A stretch of DNA of 64,000 nucleotides. Origin: an uncultured bacterium. GTDB lineage: Bacteria > Zhuqueibacterota > QNDG01 > DTFT01. Both the position numbers and the translations under genes were made by a program. The stretch is taken from positions 1 through 64,000 of the forward strand of contig CAVTNR010000011.1 in assembly GCA_963736115.1 (NCBI GenBank). Reading direction: 5' to 3'. This document shows positions 57,777 to 64,000 of the stretch, in pieces. Within the stretch, counting starts at the first letter, position 1. Each line of letters begins with the position of its first letter. Under the pieces are notes generated by a model. The model had not been told where the DNA came from. It searched no databases and saw only the letters and a list, made by a program, of their open reading frames with translations.

Positions 57777-57793
57777 CATCGTTTGACTGCGGA

Positions 57794-58627
57794 TCAGCGC
57801 AAAAGATCCTCGAGTTGAACCGACCGGTCTGTTTTTTCGTCCCTGTATTTGATCAGAATGGGTGTGCATACGGACAACCCCCTCTCACGCCCCGGGCCGG
57901 ACAGGATGGGCCTTGTTCCGGGAATGACCACGGCGTTCGGAGGAATGATCAGCGGCCCGTCCCCAAACCGGGACAGAATACGGTCATGAACCAGATCGTA
58001 TACAGGCGTGGATCCGGTGATCACGGTTCCGGCTCCGATCACCGCTCCGGTTCCGACCACGGTCCCTTCATAGACGCCGCAGTTCCCGCCGATGAGCACA
58101 TCGTCCTCGATGACCACGGGAAGGGACCCGACAGGTTCCAGCACGCCGCCGATCTGGGATCCGGCGCTGATATGCACGCGCTTGCCGACCTGCGCGCATG
58201 AACCCACGAGCGCATGCGAGTCGATCATGGTGCCGTCATCGACATAAGCGCCGACGTTCACGTACATCGGCGGCATGCAGGTCACGTTCCGCCCGATGTA
58301 CGCGCCGTCCCGGATGGCCGAGCCGCCCGGAACGATGCGTACACCGTCGCGGATGCCGATTGACTTCGGGGGAAACGTATCCTTGTCATAAAAGACAAAA
58401 CGGCCGTTCACGGAATAATCCGTCAAAACGCCGATCCGGAAGCCGAGAAGAATGCCTTTCTTCACCCATGAGTTCACCGTCCACCCGCCCTCGGCTTTTT
58501 CCGCTGCGCGCACCCGGCCCGCGTTCAATTCCTCCATGAAGGTCCGGAACAGATCACGGTCCTCTGCCGCCGGCGTTCCCGACTCCGTGCGTCCATACGC
58601 CGCTTCGATCCGTTCCCTCAGATTCAC
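57794..58627 (-). CDS. dapD: 2,3,4,5-tetrahydropyridine-2,6-dicarboxylate N-succinyltransferase
   Basis: WVKKGILLGFR, RIVPG, VNVGAYVD, VGSCAQVG, IGGVLEP. Confidence 0.95.
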   Translation of the reverse strand: MNLRERIEAAYGRTESGTPAAEDRDLFRTFMEELNAGRVRAAEKAEGGWTVNSWVKKGILLGFRIGVLTDYSVNGRFVFYDKDTFPPKSIGIRDGVRIVPGGSAIRDGAYIGRNVTCMPPMYVNVGAYVDDGTMIDSHALVGSCAQVGKRVHISAGSQIGGVLEPVGSLPVVIEDDVLIGGNCGVYEGTVVGTGAVIGAGTVITGSTPVYDLVHDRILSRFGDGPLIIPPNAVVIPGTRPILSGPGRERGLSVCTPILIKYRDEKTDRSVQLEDLLR

Positions 58628-59562
58628 GCGGATTCCTTTCCGCCCGTCGGGGCCAGTCCGAGATCCGAGAGAACCGCAAAGATCCGGGCCCGACTCTCGG
58701 GGTTGACCGGCACCAGCGGAAGACGCAGCACTTCCAGAATCCGGCCCATGCGGGCGAGCGCGGCCTTGACCGGCGCCGGGCTGGTTTCGATGAAATTGAC
58801 GCGCATGAGCGGGAAAATCCTTTTCTGGATTATCATCGCGCGGTCGAATGCGCCTTCCAGGCCGGCCCTGACCAGCGCGGACGTTTCCGCCGGCACTTCA
58901 TTCGACACCACTGAAATCAGCCCGGCGCCCCCGAGGGACAGGATCGGAACCGTATTGCCGTCGTCCCCGGACAGCAGGATAAAGGATTCCGGCATTTTCA
59001 CGGCCAGTTCCGAGATCTGGTCGATGTTACCGGAGGCTTCCTTGATGCCGACGATGTTGGGAACGGCCGCGAGCCGCACCGCGGTGTCCGGGAGCAAATT
59101 CACACCCGTCCGGGAGGGGACGTTGTAAAGGAAAACAGGCGCATTCACGGACGCGGCCACTGTCTCGTAATGACGGAAAAGCCCCTCCTGCGTCGGTCTG
59201 TTGTAATACGGCGTGACGGACAGCACGGCGTCCGCGCCGGCCTCTTCAATGACGGCACGGGCCATCTCGGCGACGCGGAGCGTGTTGTTGCCCCCGGCTC
59301 CGGCCATCACCGGCACGCGTCCGGCCGCGGTTTCCGCCGTGATCCGGACGACGGCCAGATGTTCCTCGCGGCTCAGAACGGCGCTTTCGCCCGTACTGCC
59401 GCAGGGAACCAGAAAATCGATGCCCTCCGCGATCTGCCATTCCACGAGGCGCCGGAGGGCGTCCTCGTCGAGCGATCCGTCGTTCCGGAACGGCGTGACG
59501 AGCGCGGTGCCGCATCCCCTGAATCTGACAGCGAGCGTATTCAAATCGGTTTGTCCGGTCAT
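58624..59562 (-). CDS. dapA: 4-hydroxy-tetrahydrodipicolinate synthase
   Basis: TALVTPF, GSTGE, VTPYYN, LYNVPSRTG, GIKEASG. Confidence 0.95.
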   Translation of the reverse strand: MTGQTDLNTLAVRFRGCGTALVTPFRNDGSLDEDALRRLVEWQIAEGIDFLVPCGSTGESAVLSREEHLAVVRITAETAAGRVPVMAGAGGNNTLRVAEMARAVIEEAGADAVLSVTPYYNRPTQEGLFRHYETVAASVNAPVFLYNVPSRTGVNLLPDTAVRLAAVPNIVGIKEASGNIDQISELAVKMPESFILLSGDDGNTVPILSLGGAGLISVVSNEVPAETSALVRAGLEGAFDRAMIIQKRIFPLMRVNFIETSPAPVKAALARMGRILEVLRLPLVPVNPESRARIFAVLSDLGLAPTGGKESA

Positions 59563-60269
59563 GTCTTCCTCTCTGAAAGCATCTGCTCCAGTACTTCGCT
59601 GAAATGATAGAATCCGGTCCGGCCCCTGATCCATTCCGCCGCCATGAGCGCGCCCGCGGCCAGGCCTTCCCTTCCACGGGCGGTATGCACCAGCGTCACC
59701 GTGTCAACGGCCGAGTCGAAGCTCACGGCATGCCGGCCCGGAATGTATCCCGCTCGCACGCTGGAGACAGGCACAATTCGGTTCCGGTAGGAACAGGCCA
59801 TGAGACCGCGCAATTCCAGCGCGGTCCCGGACGGGGCGTCCTTCTTGAATTGATGGTGCGCCTCCTCGATGAAGGGGTCGTACTGGCTGAAGGCGGAAAA
59901 CAGTTCGCCGGCGCGTTCAACGACGCGGTAAAAAAGGTTGACGCCCAGGGAGAAATTGGCCGCATGAACGAACCCGATCCCGGACTTCCGGACCTCCTCC
60001 TCCGCTTCCTTGAGAAAACCGGCCCATCCGGTCGTTCCCTCCACCATCGGAAGACCCAGGTCCGACGCGGCCTTGATATTGCCGAGTACAGCTTCGGCGG
60101 ACGAGAAATCGATCAGGACATCGGCGCCCGACAGTTCCTCGCGGCATTCCGCATCCGGCTTGAGCGGACGGGCGTCCCAGAACCGGGCAATGACGCCGTG
60201 TCCATGCTCGACGGCGAGCTGTTCCAGTGTTCCGCCCATCCGTCCCGTTCCGATGATTCCGATTCTCAT
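59559..60269 (-). CDS. dapB: 4-hydroxy-tetrahydrodipicolinate reductase
   Basis: GTGRMG, IDFS, GTTG, NFSLGVN, EAHHQFKKDAPSGTA. Confidence 0.95.
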   Translation of the reverse strand: MRIGIIGTGRMGGTLEQLAVEHGHGVIARFWDARPLKPDAECREELSGADVLIDFSSAEAVLGNIKAASDLGLPMVEGTTGWAGFLKEAEEEVRKSGIGFVHAANFSLGVNLFYRVVERAGELFSAFSQYDPFIEEAHHQFKKDAPSGTALELRGLMACSYRNRIVPVSSVRAGYIPGRHAVSFDSAVDTVTLVHTARGREGLAAGALMAAEWIRGRTGFYHFSEVLEQMLSERKT

Positions 60270-61660
60270 GCGCGGCCTCCGTCGGGGGTGTTCTCGAACA
60301 ATACGGGATCGGGATCGGAGAAAAAATAGCGGTGCAGGCGTTTCACCCGGTCCTCGACTGCGTCGGATCGGACGATCAGAACGCATGAGACCGGCGATAT
60401 GCCGGAGAAGAAGCCTTCGTCGGCCGGGTCCAGCGCGCCTCCGATCCACTCGCTCAGGGCTCCCCGGTCCGCATCCAGGCCGGCGCCGACCAGGGACACA
60501 GTGGCCCGTTGTGTCCGGATGACCGGACGGCCGAGACGGTTCAGGGATTCAAGAAACGAATCCGCGCCCGGTCCCGGCGTAAACGTCAGAGACAGGTCGT
60601 AGCCGGACGCGGCCGCGAGCCCCAGTTCGATGTCGGCTTTTTCCGCTTCGAGAACCGCCCGGGCCAGGAGGTTCCAGCCCGGAGATTCGCCTGAGGACAG
60701 ACGGACCCAGGTCACCGGCGTCCGGAAGGAGATGGATTTGATCCGGTTCCGGCCGGCCGTTTCTTCGGCCGAAACGATTGTGCCCGCGGCGCCGGGCCGG
60801 CCGGTGTGCGCGATACGGATCGGAATGCCGCATCGGACCGCGGGATTGACGGCTTTCGGATGAAGGACACGGGCGCCCCAGAAAGTGAGATCGGCCGCCT
60901 CCCGGTACGAGACGGATTTGACGGTCAGGACCGCCGGTACGCGTTCCGGATCCGCGGTCATGATGCCCGGAACATCCTTCCATATCTGTATTTCGGAAAC
61001 GCCGGCCGCCGCGCCGGTCAGGGCAGCGGTGTAGTCGGATCCCTCGAATCCGAGCGTCGTGGTGAGTCCGCGCCGTGTGGATCCGATATATCCCTGAAGA
61101 ACGGGGATGCGTCCCATTTCGACGGACCGGAGCACAGCTTCGCGTATGCGGCCGGACGATTCCTCTTCCAGGCACCGCGCACGGGTGAAACGGTCGTCCG
61201 TCAGAACCAGCTGCCGTGAGTCGAGCCGATCGGCATCGATGCCGATTCTCTGCAGCGCCCCGCACATCAGAATGGATGAAAGCAATTCCCCGTAGGACAG
61301 AACCTTGTCCTGGGACTGCGGAGACAATTCCCCAAGAACCGCGATTCCCCCGAGCAGACGCTCCAGTTCCTCGAAGCAGTCCTGGAACCGGGCGGCATCC
61401 TGCGATGCGGGCCAGTCCGGCATGAGCTCCCGGGCGGTGATTTCATGACTCCGCCGGATTTCCGCGAGCACGTCCATGGCCGGGCCGCGTTTTCCGGAAG
61501 CCGATGCTTCGGCCGCGTCCAGGAGCCGCCGCGTTGTTTTTCCCATGGCTGAAACCACCAGCAGTGGCCGGAGTTTCAGCCGATCCGATACGATGCGGAG
61601 GACGTTCCGAAGGGCGGCCGCGTCTTTCAGCGTGGCGCCGCCGAATTTCATGACAATCAC
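60266..61660 (-). CDS. lysC: Aspartate kinase
   Basis: VMKFGG, VVSAMGKTT, SYGELLSS, TTLGFEGSDYTA, WKDVPGIMTADP. Confidence 0.93.
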   Translation of the reverse strand: MIVMKFGGATLKDAAALRNVLRIVSDRLKLRPLLVVSAMGKTTRRLLDAAEASASGKRGPAMDVLAEIRRSHEITARELMPDWPASQDAARFQDCFEELERLLGGIAVLGELSPQSQDKVLSYGELLSSILMCGALQRIGIDADRLDSRQLVLTDDRFTRARCLEEESSGRIREAVLRSVEMGRIPVLQGYIGSTRRGLTTTLGFEGSDYTAALTGAAAGVSEIQIWKDVPGIMTADPERVPAVLTVKSVSYREAADLTFWGARVLHPKAVNPAVRCGIPIRIAHTGRPGAAGTIVSAEETAGRNRIKSISFRTPVTWVRLSSGESPGWNLLARAVLEAEKADIELGLAAASGYDLSLTFTPGPGADSFLESLNRLGRPVIRTQRATVSLVGAGLDADRGALSEWIGGALDPADEGFFSGISPVSCVLIVRSDAVEDRVKRLHRYFFSDPDPVLFENTPDGGRA

Positions 61661-62664
61661 GGCCGGACTTCTCCGGATTCCCTCAGGCGTCGGACCAGCC
61701 GCGTGTAGAGGGAAACAGATTTGACCAGTTCGGTTTTGGTGACGGATTCGTCCGGCGTGTGGGCGTCCAGAATCGATCCCGGGCCCATGAGGAGAGGACG
61801 GCCCCAGCGGTTCAGAAGCGGAATATCGGTTGTGAAGGAAACAACCGTGGTTTCGAAACCCTCCATTGCTTCTAGAAAAACGGGTTCACAGGAGAACAGG
61901 GTTTCCATGCCGATATCGTGTCCCAGGGCCAGACGGACGCGCGTTTCTGTTTCGGAAGCGGGGCCGACGCAACGCATCATCACTTCAGCCTCCGCGCGAT
62001 CCGGGACGATATTCGCCGCCGTACCTCCGGCCAGAGTGCCGATGTTCAGGGATTCCGGACCGAGAACGTCATGGGTGCGGAGCGGCATTGTCCGGAGGCG
62101 GCTCAGTCCGTTCAGAAGTTTTTCAATCGCGGATTCGCCCCGCTCCGGGTAAGCCGAATGGGCCGGCCTTCCGGCCGCAGAAAGACGGAACCGGAGCGCG
62201 CCCTTGGAACCGAGGGCCAGCCGGTTTTCCGTCGGTTCACCATTGATCAGGAAGCGGCACCGGTTCGGCAGCGCATTGGCGGCCCGGGCGCCGTCGCTTC
62301 CCTTCTCCTCCCCTGATACGAAAAGCAGACCCGCGTCACGCACGCCTTCACGGGTCAGGGTCAGGACGGCCTGTATCATCGCCGCCATCGCGCCCTTGGC
62401 GTCGCATGCGCCCCGGCCGTAGATCCGGTGATCATCCTCAGAGGGGCCGATGAAGGGCGGAACCGTATCGAGATGTGTGGACAGAACCACCGAGGGCTCT
62501 TCAAGAATTGCGATCAGGTTCGAACGGCCGCCGCCGATCGGCTGGAGGGTCACAGCCAGACCCGCGGCTTCGAGAAATTCCTTCAGAAAACGGACGATGG
62601 CGGTTTCATTGCCGGTCACGGAATCAATGGCGATCAGGCGCCGTGTCAACTCGGGTAAATCCAT
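61657..62664 (-). CDS. M20 metallopeptidase (DapE/ArgE-like deacylase)
   Basis: STHLDTVP, GRGACDAKG, GEE, NGEPT, AHS, AHTPDE; first gene of the dap operon. Confidence 0.85.
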   Translation of the reverse strand: MDLPELTRRLIAIDSVTGNETAIVRFLKEFLEAAGLAVTLQPIGGGRSNLIAILEEPSVVLSTHLDTVPPFIGPSEDDHRIYGRGACDAKGAMAAMIQAVLTLTREGVRDAGLLFVSGEEKGSDGARAANALPNRCRFLINGEPTENRLALGSKGALRFRLSAAGRPAHSAYPERGESAIEKLLNGLSRLRTMPLRTHDVLGPESLNIGTLAGGTAANIVPDRAEAEVMMRCVGPASETETRVRLALGHDIGMETLFSCEPVFLEAMEGFETTVVSFTTDIPLLNRWGRPLLMGPGSILDAHTPDESVTKTELVKSVSLYTRLVRRLRESGEVRP

Positions 62665-62700
62665 GTTTCTCCGTTCGATCCGGCACCGCCGGACCTGGTT

Positions 62701-62729
62701 AAAGTACATAAAACCCGATGAAAAGTCAA
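62701..62729 (-). promoter_or_regulatory. Sigma70-type promoter for the dap operon
   Basis: Minus strand TTGACT-17 nt (ending TG)-TACTTT. Confidence 0.6.
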
Positions 62730-62802
62730 GGCGCGCTTCAGCCGTTTACGGGCATAAAAATCAATTGCTTTTTTGCCATTTTTTCATCATTTTGAATCGG
62801 TC

Positions 62803-63510
62803 ATGAGAAAAAAGCTGATACTCGACATTCTGCCGCAACCCGACGACACCACCTGCGGGCCCACCAGTCTTCATGCGGTTTACCGGTACTTTGGCGAAGT
62901 GCTTCCCCTGGACCGTGTCATATCCGAAGTCCGGCCGCTTGAGGACGGCGGCACCATGGCGGTTTATCTCGCGCACCATGCCCTGGACCGCGGATACAAG
63001 GCCACCATCTACACGTACAATCTCCAGGTTTTCGATCCGACCTGGTTCGGCGCCGGAGACCGAGGTCTCCGCGAAAAACTGCTGCTTCAGGCGAGGCAGC
63101 ATCCGCAGGACCGGGTCCGCGACGCCAGCCGGGCCTACCTGGATTTTCTGCAGAAGGGCGGACGGATCCGGTTCGAGGACGGCACGGCGCAGATCATCCG
63201 TAGGACGCTCAGCCGTTCCATCCCCATTCTCACCGGACTTCTCTCCACCTACCTGTATCAGTGCAGCCGCGAGACGTCGGAAGGACAGCTCCTGGTGCCG
63301 GACGATGTACGGGGCGAACCCACCGGCCATTTCGTCGTTCTGACCGGCTACGACCAGAAACTACGCAAAGTACAGATCGCCGATCCCTTGCGTCAGAATC
63401 CCTATTCCTCCGATCAGGCCTATGCCGTCGACCTGCAGCGCCTCATCGGGGCCATTCTGCTGGGAATCCTGACGTATGACGCCAACCTGCTGGTCATCGA
63501 GCCTCACTAA
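62803..63510 (+). CDS. C39-like cysteine peptidase
   Basis: QPDDTTCGPTSL (Gln/Cys), GHFVVL (His), IADP (Asp). Confidence 0.8.
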   Translation: MRKKLILDILPQPDDTTCGPTSLHAVYRYFGEVLPLDRVISEVRPLEDGGTMAVYLAHHALDRGYKATIYTYNLQVFDPTWFGAGDRGLREKLLLQARQHPQDRVRDASRAYLDFLQKGGRIRFEDGTAQIIRRTLSRSIPILTGLLSTYLYQCSRETSEGQLLVPDDVRGEPTGHFVVLTGYDQKLRKVQIADPLRQNPYSSDQAYAVDLQRLIGAILLGILTYDANLLVIEPH

Positions 63511-63534
63511 CCCGGAGCGCAATCCGACCGAAAT

Positions 63535-64000
63535 ATGCCGATCCTGATCGTCGTCACCTCGCCCAAAGAATGGCCGCTGAACATCCCCGGCGTCGAACTC
63601 GTCTCCGCCAAATCCTATCTGCTGGAGGAGCGCTACTGTGAAATGCGCGGCGCCAAGGTGTTCAATCTCTGCCGGTCCTACCGCTACCAGAGCCTCGGCT
63701 ATTACGTCTCCCTGCTGGCCACGGCCCGCGGCCACAAGCCTCTGCCCAGCGTCATGACCATCCAGGACATGAAGTCCCAGCGGATCATCCGCCTCGTCTC
63801 GGATGAGCTGGACGATATCGATCCAGAAAAGCCTGGAGCCGCTCCAGACGCGGCGGTTCACGCTGAGCATCTACTTCGGCCGGAATCCTGGCAAGCCAAT
63901 ACGATCGTCTGGCTCGCACCTCTTCAATCTCTTTCCATGCTCCCCTGCTGCGGGCCGAGTTCGTGCTACAACAACAAATGGCAGGTGCAGAGCATCGACC
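63535..64000 (+). CDS. RimK-like ATP-grasp protein, N-terminal (RLAN-type) domain; 3'-truncated, with apparent frameshifts after ~63818
   Basis: MPILIVV...KVFNLCRSYRYQSLGYYVSLLATARGHKPLPSV. The continuation IQKSLEPL...FTLSIYFGRN is in another frame. Confidence 0.75.
   Translation, partial: MPILIVVTSPKEWPLNIPGVELVSAKSYLLEERYCEMRGAKVFNLCRSYRYQSLGYYVSLLATARGHKPLPSVMTIQDMKSQRIIRLVSDELDDIDPEKPGAAPDAAVHAEHLLRPESWQANTIVWLAPLQSLSMLPCCGPSSCYNNKWQVQSID

Noticed and set aside
62665-62700. Lysine riboswitch upstream of the dap/lysC operon
   Set aside because: The predicted promoter leaves only ~30 nt of leader, far too short.

Overview
GC-rich bacterial chromosomal window. Gene order and protein style suggest an FCB-group lineage such as candidate KSB1, but this is an inference. 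All genes from 1 to 26.7 kb are on the + strand and all from 27.3 to 62.7 kb are on the - strand. They converge on a well-formed XerCD dif site (26715-26742), which is followed by about 2.5 tandem copies of an AT-rich 192-bp unit, each starting exactly at the XerD arm. This is probably the replication terminus. Left arm: yitJ-like metF fusion, gcvPB, a signalling cluster (REC-GGDEF, two histidine kinases, a sigma54 activator), a predicted sigma54-driven pair encoding a single-domain receiver and an FtsZ, an FAD oxidoreductase, then tRNA-Val-thrS-infC-rpmI-rplT-pheST-zapB-zapA-rny-ymdB-folD-proS-TPR. Right arm: tRNA-Arg, a secreted beta-helix protein, a Wzx/Wzy exopolysaccharide cluster, cdsA/Fe-S/DUF362/clpC, lolDE-lysS-prfB (programmed frameshift)-leuC-like, a dap/lysC operon, and a C39 peptidase/RimK-like pair. 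The best candidate for a new system is an archaeal FtsZ1-like GTPase that lies outside any dcw cluster and is fused to a CheA-P1/HPt-like domain lacking the phospho-His, wired downstream of the phosphorelay/c-di-GMP/sigma54 cluster. Four sigma54 -24/-12 motifs (before REC-ftsZ, the beta-helix gene, the EPS cluster and clpC) suggest a shared regulon. All calls come from reading the sequence by eye; no searches were run.
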